In this document: positions 30,074-37,415 of the stretch, piece after piece
Layout: every line of letters begins with the position of its first letter
Position numbering within the stretch: the stretch's first letter is position 1
Source: a virus
Strand: one strand, 5' to 3'
Length of the DNA: 64,000 nt
Virus record (IMG/VR): IMGVR_UViG_3300042547_000432
Position numbers and translations under genes: made by a program
Notes under the pieces: generated by a model
What the model was told of the DNA's origin: nothing
The model's input: the letters and a program-made list of their open reading frames with translations, nothing else
Database searches by the model: none

Positions 30074-32344
30074 ATGAACTTAGAAGATATTCTCTTAGAA
30101 AGAGGGTCACGAGAGTCAAATTTAAACACAAATACTATTTCTTGTCACACAAAAGAACAAGATGATAGTGATGCGTTAAGAGAATATGTTGTAACTCTAC
30201 ACAACTTTGATGACTTAGATAACTTTTATGATGAGATGAGAGATGCTACTGGCAACGATTATGTTCCTGATAGATCAGTAGAAAGAACAAACAAAAGACC
30301 CTTGAGTAGAAATACACACTATCTACTGACTAAAGAAGAAGCAGAAAAATTAAAAGAAGATCCCAGGGTATGGGATGTGGATCTTACGATGGAAGAAAAG
30401 GGAGTTGTAGCAGTTCCCCTTGGATCAACATTCATAAACAATGGAGTGTTCGCAAGAAAGTCTGCTGGGTTTTCAAACACTGATTTGAACTGGGGGTTAT
30501 TAGCACACTCAAATCCAGGAGCAGTTTTGGATTTAGATGACGCAGGAACTGATTTTTTAAATAGTTTAGGCGAAGCAAGGTATTCTACTTGGGGTAGTGA
30601 TAGAACTGGAAACGCAACAGCTTCAACAACGATACCTTTCAATGGAGAGAACGTTGACGTGGTTATTGTTGATGATGAAATTCCTATCAATCATCCTGAG
30701 TTCGCAGTAAATTCTGATGGCACTGGTGGCAGTAGAGTTAATCAAATTAACTGGTGGAGTTTATACAGAAATGCTGTTCAGAATATTGATAACGATGTAG
30801 TAGACGCATCCGTTCCAACAACATATAATTATGGAGACTATGGAGATCACGGAACACACGTAGCTGGAACTTGTGTTGGCAATAGATTGGGGTGGGCAAG
30901 AAAAGCAAACATTTATAATCTGTACGCTTACAGCACAACAAAGGTTCCTCCATCATTAATGTATGATCTGCTAAGAGCATTTCATTTAAACAAACCAATT
31001 AATCCAGCAACTGGAAGAAGAAATCCAACCATAACCAACCACAGTTATGGTTATGTTACACTACTTCCCATCACTCAAATAACGCAAGTTAGATATAGAG
31101 GATCAAATATAAACGTTTCTTTTACAAATACTCAATCAGATTTAAATATCCTAAGAGGAACGTATGGTCTTTGGGGAGGATTATATACCACCTTCATATA
31201 TAATAACTACCCAACACAATCATCACAATGGTGTGTTTGGTTGCCAATTAGAGGTGGAATATCGCATCAAGCAGATATTGAAGATGCGATATCAAATGGT
31301 ATTGTTTTTGTATCCGCTGCTGGAAATTACGGTGATACCAGTGTGAGTTCTACGCACCCAGATTATAATAATTCGTTAGTTTATAATTACCAAAGTCAAA
31401 ACAGCACCCAAGTCTATACTGGATTTATAGATTTTTATAAGAGAGGAACAGATCCCGCTGCTGTTCCAGCAGGAATAACCGTAGGAAATATAGATTCAGT
31501 TGCTGCCCTAAAAATGAGCACAACATCACCAGATTCCGAACAAGTGTGGGTAGAATTCAAAGCAAACTCTTCATCCCATGGCAACACATGTGATGTGTGG
31601 GCAGCAGGAACAAATATTCTGTCTTCAGTATACACATCACAAACACTGAAAGATCCAAGAAACAATTCGTTCTCTTTGAATGTGTTGAGTGGGACAAGCA
31701 TGGCATCACCACAAGTAGCTGGTATGATTGCTTGTCTGGCAGAAAGATATCCAAGATTTAAACAATCAGACTTTCTAAATTTATTAAGATACTATGGTTA
31801 TACAGGACCAAATTATAATTATTCAAGAACGTTTCCTGGTTTCTATCACAAACATTATGTTACAAATACAGGGTCAACTTCGTATGAATTTACATCAAAC
31901 GCAGATAGATTGTTTGGGAGAAATGGATCCAATCAAAACTTTGATGTGAGAGTTGGTGAGATCATGGAGTTTTCGGTAAACACTCCTGGTCAACCATTTT
32001 GGATTAAAACATTACAAATTATTGGAACTGGTAACGTAGTGACAACTGGCATTACAAATAATGGAGCAACATCAGGCAGTATCATTTGGGACACCACTAA
32101 CGTTGCTCCTGGAACTTATTATTATATTTCACAAAACTCTTCTATCATGACAGGAACTATCACCCTAAGATATTCTCAGATTGATAGATCTTACACTGCG
32201 GTTGATGCTAGAACTCAACCATATGTTTTATTCCCAAAAACACTAAGAAAAACTACAGGTTACGTTACTCCAGATGCTACGGCAACACCAAGACCTTCAT
32301 CTGGGTTGACATTTCCACGAAGAATAATTTATCAATCAAAATAA
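30074..32344 (+). CDS. Subtilisin-like (S8) serine protease, probably virion-associated
   Basis: Triad VDVVIVDD / HGTHVAG / GTSMASPQVAG; oxyanion AAGN. Confidence 0.9.
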   Translation: MNLEDILLERGSRESNLNTNTISCHTKEQDDSDALREYVVTLHNFDDLDNFYDEMRDATGNDYVPDRSVERTNKRPLSRNTHYLLTKEEAEKLKEDPRVWDVDLTMEEKGVVAVPLGSTFINNGVFARKSAGFSNTDLNWGLLAHSNPGAVLDLDDAGTDFLNSLGEARYSTWGSDRTGNATASTTIPFNGENVDVVIVDDEIPINHPEFAVNSDGTGGSRVNQINWWSLYRNAVQNIDNDVVDASVPTTYNYGDYGDHGTHVAGTCVGNRLGWARKANIYNLYAYSTTKVPPSLMYDLLRAFHLNKPINPATGRRNPTITNHSYGYVTLLPITQITQVRYRGSNINVSFTNTQSDLNILRGTYGLWGGLYTTFIYNNYPTQSSQWCVWLPIRGGISHQADIEDAISNGIVFVSAAGNYGDTSVSSTHPDYNNSLVYNYQSQNSTQVYTGFIDFYKRGTDPAAVPAGITVGNIDSVAALKMSTTSPDSEQVWVEFKANSSSHGNTCDVWAAGTNILSSVYTSQTLKDPRNNSFSLNVLSGTSMASPQVAGMIACLAERYPRFKQSDFLNLLRYYGYTGPNYNYSRTFPGFYHKHYVTNTGSTSYEFTSNADRLFGRNGSNQNFDVRVGEIMEFSVNTPGQPFWIKTLQIIGTGNVVTTGITNNGATSGSIIWDTTNVAPGTYYYISQNSSIMTGTITLRYSQIDRSYTAVDARTQPYVLFPKTLRKTTGYVTPDATATPRPSSGLTFPRRIIYQSK

Positions 32345-32347
32345 TAA

Positions 32348-32953
32348 TTAGTTGAATGATATATTAAAAGATATTGCGATTTTTTCTTCTTCCGATCCTC
32401 TTCTAGGATTTCCATGTAATAAATCACTATTCCAAATCAATAATGTTCCAGGAAAACATTTATAAGTTGTCTGTGAACAAGAAATTCTAGTGGGACTATT
32501 TGCTTTATAAATATTGCTAATCAATTTTTGTGTATTGTAAAATATTATAGAATCTTCTTGACTTGTTTTTACATAAAAAACTCCAGATAACATAGATCCT
32601 GAATGTGTGTGTGGAAATAGGAAACTTTCTTTTTCACATACATTACACCACATATCAATACTTAATTTTGTATCATCATTGATATTATATCCTTGAGCAC
32701 CAAGCATTATTAAAGAATAATGGTTTATATATTCTCCCAAAGAATCAAATGGATATGTATTTAATTTTTTAAATGAAGTATGAGTTGAATCAACGTAGAG
32801 AATATTGTTTTTAAATGAATATTCTTCAACTTCTTTTTTACAAGATGTTTCCAAATCTGCCAAAAGATGATTACAGCAATCATCAACTATCAATATTGGA
32901 CAAGGAAACAACTCATCTATGACATAATTTTGATTAACATATGAGTCTGACAT
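32348..32953 (-). CDS. 2OG-Fe(II) oxygenase (TIGR02466-like)
   Basis: W.N......FPHTHSGSMLSGVFYV...GTLLIWNSDLLH...KIAISFN. Confidence 0.85.
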   Translation of the reverse strand: MSDSYVNQNYVIDELFPCPILIVDDCCNHLLADLETSCKKEVEEYSFKNNILYVDSTHTSFKKLNTYPFDSLGEYINHYSLIMLGAQGYNINDDTKLSIDMWCNVCEKESFLFPHTHSGSMLSGVFYVKTSQEDSIIFYNTQKLISNIYKANSPTRISCSQTTYKCFPGTLLIWNSDLLHGNPRRGSEEEKIAISFNISFN

Positions 32954-33014
32954 TAAAAAAAAGATGTAAGCAATTGCTTACATCTTATCAAAGATATTTT
33001 ATTTTGTCAAGTTA

Positions 33015-33134
33015 TCACCAAATGCCAGGAATAATCTGACCAGTAGTAGCGTATGTTCCAACAGCAATGACGAAACCGAGCATTGCCAGACGAGCGTTGA
33101 GGATCTCTGCCTCAGGGGTGAATCCGAATTTCAT
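33015..33134 (-). CDS. hli: High-light-inducible protein (39 aa, absent from ORF track)
   Basis: MKFGFTPEAEILNARLAMLGFVIAVGTYATTGQIIPGIW; ExxNxRLAMLGF motif. Confidence 0.92.
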   Translation of the reverse strand: MKFGFTPEAEILNARLAMLGFVIAVGTYATTGQIIPGIW

Positions 33135-33145
33135 AGTAGTTCTCC

Positions 33146-33232
33146 TTAATAAGTTTCAGCGAGTTGTTCTACAGCATAGCACAGGGTTACGAAAAAAGCA
33201 ACCGCAGTAAAAGTAAAGATTACTTCAGTCAT
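33146..33232 (-). CDS. 28-aa single-helix peptide between hli genes
   Basis: MTEVIFTFTAVAFFVTLCYAVEQLAETY; overlaps the upstream hli stop. Confidence 0.6.
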   Translation of the reverse strand: MTEVIFTFTAVAFFVTLCYAVEQLAETY

Positions 33233-33435
33233 CAGAAGACTCCGAAGAAGAGTTTACCAGTGAGAGCATAAGAAATAGCACCAGCAATAATACCGACCAT
33301 TGCCCAGCGTCCATTGTACATCTCCGTAGTTTGCATAGGAGTCAGAAGACCCTTGCGATTGTATTCTTGGTAAACCATAGTGGGCTCCTTTGCCCACATG
33401 TTCTGTTGACCACGATCATTCGTTGTTACAGTCAT
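33232..33435 (-). CDS. hli: High-light-inducible protein
   Basis: NMWAKEP...EMYNGRWAMVGIIAG...TGKLFFGVF. Confidence 0.92.
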   Translation of the reverse strand: MTVTTNDRGQQNMWAKEPTMVYQEYNRKGLLTPMQTTEMYNGRWAMVGIIAGAISYALTGKLFFGVF

Positions 33436-33491
33436 GTTACATTCTGTTGTAAATCTTTACATAGTATATAGCATCCCAGCGCCCCTGTCAA
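33436..33491 (-). promoter_or_regulatory. hli operon sigma70 promoter with HLR1-like repeats
   Basis: TTGACA-17-TATACT; + strand GTTACATT-ct-GTTGTAAA-tc-TTTACATA. Confidence 0.8.
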
Positions 33492-33690
33492 GCCCCCGTT
33501 TGTCAGCAAATCTTAATAAGTATATTGACTCATCTAAATAGCTCGTTATACTACATGTGTATGAGATACATTCACATCTGCCTTTTACTTTGGAATGGAA
33601 AAACTGAATGGAGGGTGATACCTTGGGGCAAAAAGCACCTTGATTTTCACAGACAACATGGCGACATAATAATGTATAGAGAGTAACCAT

Positions 33691-33903
33691 ATGTATAACC
33701 TATCAAGCAGAGATGTCAATCGAATTATCACAGCATGTAAGCACTATGCCTATCACGAAACTGGTAGCGAATGGATGCATGATGAATATCTAAAAATCAT
33801 TGAGAAACTTTGTGTTTACTTAGATCAAAACTTTGACGCAGAGACACAAAAACCACTTGAGTGTTACATCCATGTAAAGAAAAATGACTCACATAATAGT
33901 TGA
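33691..33903 (+). CDS. Hypothetical protein
   Basis: 70-aa ORF with upstream GAGAG. Confidence 0.55.
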   Translation: MYNLSSRDVNRIITACKHYAYHETGSEWMHDEYLKIIEKLCVYLDQNFDAETQKPLECYIHVKKNDSHNS

Positions 33904-33983
33904 AATCTTAAATAACCCTATCAGTTTGGGCATCCTATGCTTTGCCCTTGTTATGTTTCCCATTATTGGTATCGCTAAAATTC

Positions 33984-34172
33984 ATGACACAAGTAACCAA
34001 AGAAGAAGTGAAGGAGATGATAGATGATGCAATACGACAACATAATCGTAATGCTTCAATTATCTCAATGTGTGTTGGCTGGGTTGTTTTGTCTCTTTTT
34101 GCTGAAGGTTTGCTTCGACTTATTGGAGTAATTCCCCCACTACTACCATGGCTCAACATTACCCTGAAATAA
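33984..34172 (+). CDS. Small membrane protein (MTQVTKEEVKEMIDDAIRQHNRN...)
   Basis: Start refined; one TM helix. Confidence 0.6.
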   Translation: MTQVTKEEVKEMIDDAIRQHNRNASIISMCVGWVVLSLFAEGLLRLIGVIPPLLPWLNITLK

Positions 34173-34327
34173 TAGGAATAGCATCCCTTCTAGTGTTTGC
34201 TGCCACCATGTTCTATCAAGGAACATGTATTATGAAAGGGCAGCGTGGTTATTCTTTGAGAGATTATCTCAAGCAAGATAGCACAAACATGCGTAAAAGA
34301 GTAGAAGAATTATTAAAAGACAAATGA
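34148..34327 (+). CDS. 59-aa membrane peptide
   Basis: Manual translation MAQHYPEIIGIASLLVFAATMFYQG...; ATGA overlap with next ORF. Confidence 0.5.
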   Translation: MAQHYPEIIGIASLLVFAATMFYQGTCIMKGQRGYSLRDYLKQDSTNMRKRVEELLKDK

Positions 34328-34434
34328 TTGTTTTAACGGAAGAAGATTTACAAGAACTAAGAGAAAGAGTTTACCAACAAAAGATGGATGAGTTATTTGA
34401 AGAACCATCTACTTACGAGGATGAACATGAGTAA
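34324..34434 (+). CDS. 36-aa acidic peptide
   Basis: MIVLTEEDLQELRERVYQQKMDELFEEPSTYEDEHE. Confidence 0.5.
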   Translation: MIVLTEEDLQELRERVYQQKMDELFEEPSTYEDEHE

Positions 34435-34552
34435 CTTACCTTGGGGAGTTATCACTATTCTTGGTATCGGATTAGCAGGCACTGTTTATATCATCTATTA
34501 CATTCTCAAACTAGCAAACGAGGAAATGAAAGATGAATCACATAAGCACTAG
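34427..34552 (+). CDS. 41-aa membrane peptide
   Basis: MSNLPWGVITILGIGLAGTVYIIYYILKLANEEMKDESHKH. Confidence 0.55.
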   Translation: MSNLPWGVITILGIGLAGTVYIIYYILKLANEEMKDESHKH

Positions 34553-34766
34553 TCCATATGATTGGAGAGAGAAGAATGACAAGTGGCAAAAAAGACATTT
34601 CCTTTTGTCGTCTTTTGTTAGATTAGGTCTGCCAATCAAAGCAAATGTTTATGAGTTCATAGATTATCTTATTAGTCAAGGATACAAAGCTCCCTTGAAT
34701 AGTTTAACTGATGTAGATAAAGATATCAAAAAAATGTATCACGAGTATGTCGAGCACCAATTATGA
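34533..34766 (+). CDS. Hypothetical protein
   Basis: 77-aa ORF in overlapping chain. Confidence 0.55.
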   Translation: MNHISTSPYDWREKNDKWQKRHFLLSSFVRLGLPIKANVYEFIDYLISQGYKAPLNSLTDVDKDIKKMYHEYVEHQL

Positions 34767-34852
34767 CTCGTTTAATTCTTAGTAGTATTTGTTTGTTTGG
34801 TTCTATTGGTCTTTTTATTGTTTGGGGATTGACTCACGCATATCCCTCTTGA
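34763..34852 (+). CDS. 29-aa membrane peptide
   Basis: MTRLILSSICLFGSIGLFIVWGLTHAYPS; ATGA overlap. Confidence 0.5.
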   Translation: MTRLILSSICLFGSIGLFIVWGLTHAYPS

Positions 34853-34877
34853 CAAATTTACATATATATCTTATAAT
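34849..34877 (+). promoter_or_regulatory. Perfect consensus sigma70 early promoter
   Basis: TTGACA-17 nt-TATAAT. Confidence 0.9.
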
Positions 34878-34900
34878 TAGCCACATATATCTGTTTTGTC

Positions 34901-35101
34901 ATGACACACTACAAACCATATTCACCCGAGTGGCACCGTAAACGCTATCTAAAAGAAGCGTTAGACAAATATCTGGATGAATACATTGACAATGATGTAA
35001 TCCTTGATGATATTTCTGATATTCTATCCGAAAGGTCTGAGCGAGCATACGAAGAGTTCAGTAGAATCAATGATTTGGAATCAATGATTAATGCTAAATA
35101 A
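34901..35101 (+). CDS. Conserved cyanophage early hypothetical protein
   Basis: YKPYSPEWHRKRYLKEALDKY; follows consensus promoter. Confidence 0.7.
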   Translation: MTHYKPYSPEWHRKRYLKEALDKYLDEYIDNDVILDDISDILSERSERAYEEFSRINDLESMINAK

Positions 35102-35120
35102 CCCTATATGGAGACTACAT

Positions 35121-35447
35121 ATGCTCTCTACACAATATCGTCTACGCTTAGAAGAAATCTGCAGAAAGATTATCTTACACGAAGCGGTAGGTTTAGAAGA
35201 TATGATTTGGGCAGAAAAACTAGCTAAAGCAAATCGCACTGCTGGCACAATGCTTCGTCAAGCAAGACGGAAGGCAGAAAATCCAGACATGCAAGATGGT
35301 GACATGGATGATTTTCTAAATCAACTTGATATCGGTGGATTGGGTAACGAAAGATTTGGTGTCAGAAGATTTGATTCTGTAGATGACATCGTTGATTTCT
35401 TCTCTGAAGGTAGAGACAAACCAGAAGACTGGAGACAAAGAGATTAA
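35121..35447 (+). CDS. Conserved cyanophage hypothetical protein
   Basis: MLSTQYRLRLEEIC...DWRQRD. Confidence 0.7.
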   Translation: MLSTQYRLRLEEICRKIILHEAVGLEDMIWAEKLAKANRTAGTMLRQARRKAENPDMQDGDMDDFLNQLDIGGLGNERFGVRRFDSVDDIVDFFSEGRDKPEDWRQRD

Positions 35448-35475
35448 AAAAAGGGGGCATATGCCCCCTTTAAAA
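35446..35475. terminator. Bidirectional intrinsic terminator
   Basis: A-tract-AAGGGGGCAT/ATGCCCCCTT palindrome between convergent genes. Confidence 0.8.
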
Positions 35476-35562
35476 TTATCCAAGAGTTGCCATATGATAT
35501 TGAGCTTCTTGAAGTTTTCTTTGCTTTTCAATTTGTTTGCGAATAACTAGTAACCAATTCAT
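35476..35562 (-). CDS. 28-aa peptide
   Basis: MNWLLVIRKQIEKQRKLQEAQYHMATLG; GGAGG SD and ATGA overlap. Confidence 0.6.
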   Translation of the reverse strand: MNWLLVIRKQIEKQRKLQEAQYHMATLG

Positions 35563-35720
35563 TGTGTTACCTCCTTGTTATTATTACAAGGGCGATACTC
35601 AACACCACGATATTTATTGGTTGGGTGAGCTGGTGCGTGAGTTTGCAAATACCAGCGTTGATATTCTTGCTTGGCGGTATCAGTATTATACTGACAACCA
35701 CGATAAGTTGCTTGTGACAT
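35559..35720 (-). CDS. DUF4278-like YRG peptide (53 aa, absent from ORF track)
   Basis: MSQATYRGCQY...NKYRGVEYRP: two YRG motifs; AAGGAG SD. Confidence 0.8.
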   Translation of the reverse strand: MSQATYRGCQYNTDTAKQEYQRWYLQTHAPAHPTNKYRGVEYRPCNNNKEVTQ

Positions 35721-35751
35721 TAGGTTTTCTCCTTAATGGTTTAGGTTAAAG

Positions 35752-35835
35752 AGCGTTCCTTCGGTCGTTTGCGTTCGCTATAGCGAATGAACGTTCCGTT
35801 CCGCGACTTACTTCCGTCCCATAGGGATGAACGTA
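35752..35835 (-). ncRNA. Glutamine riboswitch-like RNA (glnA / Downstream-peptide family)
   Basis: CGTTCA...GGAAGTAAG...CGAAGGAACG consensus elements directly upstream of a YRG peptide. Confidence 0.75.
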
Positions 35836-35875
35836 TTTTATATATGATATTGAGATTGTAACATTCAATACCAAA

Positions 35876-35950
35876 CACTCTCTGTAGGATTCGAACCTAC
35901 GACACCTTGATCCGTAGTCAAGTGCTCTATATCCACTGAGCTAAGAGAGT
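35876..35950 (-). tRNA. trnR: tRNA-Arg(ACG)
   Basis: Anticodon arm CTTGA-CTACGGA-TCAAG; T-loop TTCGAAT. Confidence 0.9.
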
Positions 35951-35951
35951 A

Positions 35952-36026
35952 GGCGAAGGGCCAGAGACTTGAACTCTGAACTTTGGTTTTGGAGACCAAG
36001 ATGTTACCAATTACACCAACCCAACA
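35952..36026 (-). tRNA. trnW: tRNA-Trp(CCA), weak acceptor stem
   Basis: TTGGT-CTCCAAA-ACCAA; acceptor TGTTGGG/CCCTTCG has two U-U mismatches. Confidence 0.7.
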
Positions 36027-36028
36027 CA

Positions 36029-36100
36029 TTCTGAGGGTAGGATTCGAACCCACGAATGGCGGGACCAAAACCCGCTGCCTTACCGCTTGGCGACCTCAGA
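36029..36100 (-). tRNA. trnQ: tRNA-Gln(TTG)
   Basis: GCGGG-TTTTGGT-CCCGC. Confidence 0.9.
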
Positions 36101-36172
36101 AGCCCTCAGTCGGATTTGAACCAACGACCTACTCATTACTAGTGAGTTGCTCTACCACTGAGCTATAGGGGC
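36101..36172 (-). tRNA. trnT: tRNA-Thr(AGT)
   Basis: ACTCA-CTAGTAA-TGAGT; canonical D and T arms. Confidence 0.85.
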
Positions 36173-36174
36173 GG

Positions 36175-36246
36175 GGTGTCGTGAGGGAATCGAACCCTCA
36201 TGTAGAGAACCACAATCTCCTGTCTTACCATTAGACTAACGACACA
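36175..36246 (-). tRNA. trnH: tRNA-His(GTG)
   Basis: GGAGA-TTGTGGT-TCTCT; C73 discriminator. Confidence 0.88.
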
Positions 36247-36247
36247 A

Positions 36248-36320
36248 GGCAGTAGGTAGATTTGAACTACCGACCATAGGAATATGAGACCCGTGCTCTG
36301 CCAGACTGAGCTATACTGCC
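36248..36320 (-). tRNA. tRNA-CAT (elongator Met or Ile2), imperfect anticodon stem
   Basis: CGGGT-CTCATAT-TCCTA; perfect acceptor GGCAGTA/TACTGCC. Confidence 0.7.
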
Positions 36321-36324
36321 AAGT

Positions 36325-36414
36325 TGGGAGAGGGTGGAATCGAACCACCATTGCCAATGAACGGAATCGAACCGTCTCTGATACCGTCGTACCCACCATC
36401 CAAGGTGCTCTCCC
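36325..36414 (-). ncRNA. tRNA-like RNA with two T-arms and no anticodon arm
   Basis: Acceptor GGGAGAG/CTCTCCC+A; GGTGG-TTCGATT-CCACC; internal ACGG-TTCGATT-CCGT. Confidence 0.65.
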
Positions 36415-36417
36415 AAG

Positions 36418-36489
36418 TGGAACCGACAAGATTTGAACTTGTGACCGCTCGGTTATCAGCCGAGTGCTCTACCACTGAGCTACGGTTCC
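36418..36489 (-). tRNA. trnI: tRNA-Ile(GAT)
   Basis: CTCGG-CTGATAA-CCGAG. Confidence 0.92.
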
Positions 36490-36493
36490 AAGG

Positions 36494-36566
36494 TCGAAGA
36501 GGGTGGAGTTGAACCACCGACACCATGTTCTTCAGACATGTGCTCTACCAACTGAGCTACTCCCCG
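36494..36566 (-). tRNA. trnF: tRNA-Phe(GAA)
   Basis: CATGT-CTGAAGA-ACATG. Confidence 0.88.
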
Positions 36567-36569
36567 AGA

Positions 36570-36643
36570 TAGTCCCAACGGGATTCGAACCCGTGTCTAC
36601 ACTGTGAAAGAGTGTTGTCCTAGGCCGACTAGACGATGGGACC
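36570..36643 (-). tRNA. trnE: tRNA-Glu(TTC)
   Basis: ACACT-CTTTCAC-AGTGT. Confidence 0.92.
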
Positions 36644-36645
36644 AG

Positions 36646-36742
36646 ATGGGAGGGGTATCCCACACGAAGTTGCTTACGGATTACGCTTCGTAGCCTTATG
36701 AATCCTGCCATCATCCGATGGTGGTTAGAAATCCCTCCCCAA
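36646..36742 (-). ncRNA. Putative structured RNA closed by a 7-bp acceptor-like stem
   Basis: GGGAGGG/CCCTCCC+A closing stem; internal CCATC/GATGG, GGATT/AATCC, ACGAAG/CTTCGT helices. Confidence 0.45.
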
Positions 36743-36821
36743 TTCCAGTTGTTGCTACAACATTTCTCTACACACTGGCAAACTCTAAGAAATGCGTGAG
36801 AGTTAGAATACTGACTCTCAA

Positions 36822-36895
36822 CGACCCATACGGGATTCGAACCCGTGATCTCCACCGTGACAGGGTGGCGTCATAGACCGCTAGACTAATGGGTC
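36822..36895 (-). tRNA. trnD: tRNA-Asp(GTC)
   Basis: CCACC-CTGTCAC-GGTGG. Confidence 0.92.
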
Positions 36896-36899
36896 AAGG

Positions 36900-36990
36900 T
36901 GAGAGAGGAGGGAATTGAACCCCCGATGGTTCTTATGTAACGGTTTTACAGACCGCAGCCACACGTATTGCCAACAGTAGCCACTCTCTC
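36900..36990 (-). tRNA. trnY: tRNA-Tyr(GTA) with enlarged D-arm
   Basis: GCGGT-CTGTAAA-ACCGT; acceptor GAGAGAG/CTCTCTC; D region GGCTACTGTTGGCAATACGTGTGGCT. Confidence 0.8.
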
Positions 36991-36993
36991 ATA

Positions 36994-37065
36994 TGGGTCT
37001 GGCGGGATTCGAACCCACAACTTGCTGGTTAAAAGCCAGTTACTCTACCGTTGAGTTACAGACCC
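36994..37065 (-). tRNA. trnK: tRNA-Lys(TTT)
   Basis: ACTGG-CTTTTAA-CCAGC. Confidence 0.92.
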
Positions 37066-37112
37066 AAGAGTTAAATTGTCAAGGTGCTGGTGGGTCTCCC
37101 ACCGATGTATCT

Positions 37113-37150
37113 ACAATAAAATAGGGGGGCGGTTTTGTCAACTGCCCCCC
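37113..37150 (-). promoter_or_regulatory. Sigma70 promoter for the main tRNA run, -35 inside a terminator-like hairpin
   Basis: TTGACA-17-TATTGT; GGGGGGCAG-TTGACAAAA-CCGCCCCCC then T-rich tail. Confidence 0.8.
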
Positions 37151-37181
37151 TGATAAATCTTGCTTATGTGTCAGATGTCGG

Positions 37182-37283
37182 TCATCGTTTCCACTTATGA
37201 GCAAGCACGGGGGCCTGAGCAATATGCCAATAACGGCAATCGCTTTCCATAAAAATCTCAATTTGCTTGCTGAAGTTAGTCAT
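37182..37283 (-). CDS. 33-aa peptide
   Basis: MTNFSKQIEIFMESDCRYWHIAQAPVLAHKWKR; TAAATA upstream. Confidence 0.4.
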   Translation of the reverse strand: MTNFSKQIEIFMESDCRYWHIAQAPVLAHKWKR

Positions 37284-37319
37284 GATGTTCGACCTTTAGT
37301 GTTTATTTATAAGAGTTTA

Positions 37320-37415
37320 GATGGAGTAAGCGTAATACACCTCAAGGATGTAACAGAGGCTTACCCTCTATCTCGCTACGGCATTCTGGATTATCAGCTC
37401 CAGCGCAAGTAGCAA
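37320..37415 (-). ncRNA. 96-nt structured tRNA-trailer element, copy 1 (after tRNA-Asn)
   Basis: 93/96 identical to 40924-41019; differences preserve pairing. Confidence 0.75.

Noticed and set aside
33448-33461. TGTAAA-GA-TTTACA palindrome as an NtcA site
   Set aside because: Spacing is GTA-N6-TAC, not the GTA-N8-TAC required for NtcA; HLR1 reading fits better
35865-37261. ORF-track ORFs across the tRNA array
   Set aside because: They overlap bona fide tRNA genes and translate tRNA consensus sequence
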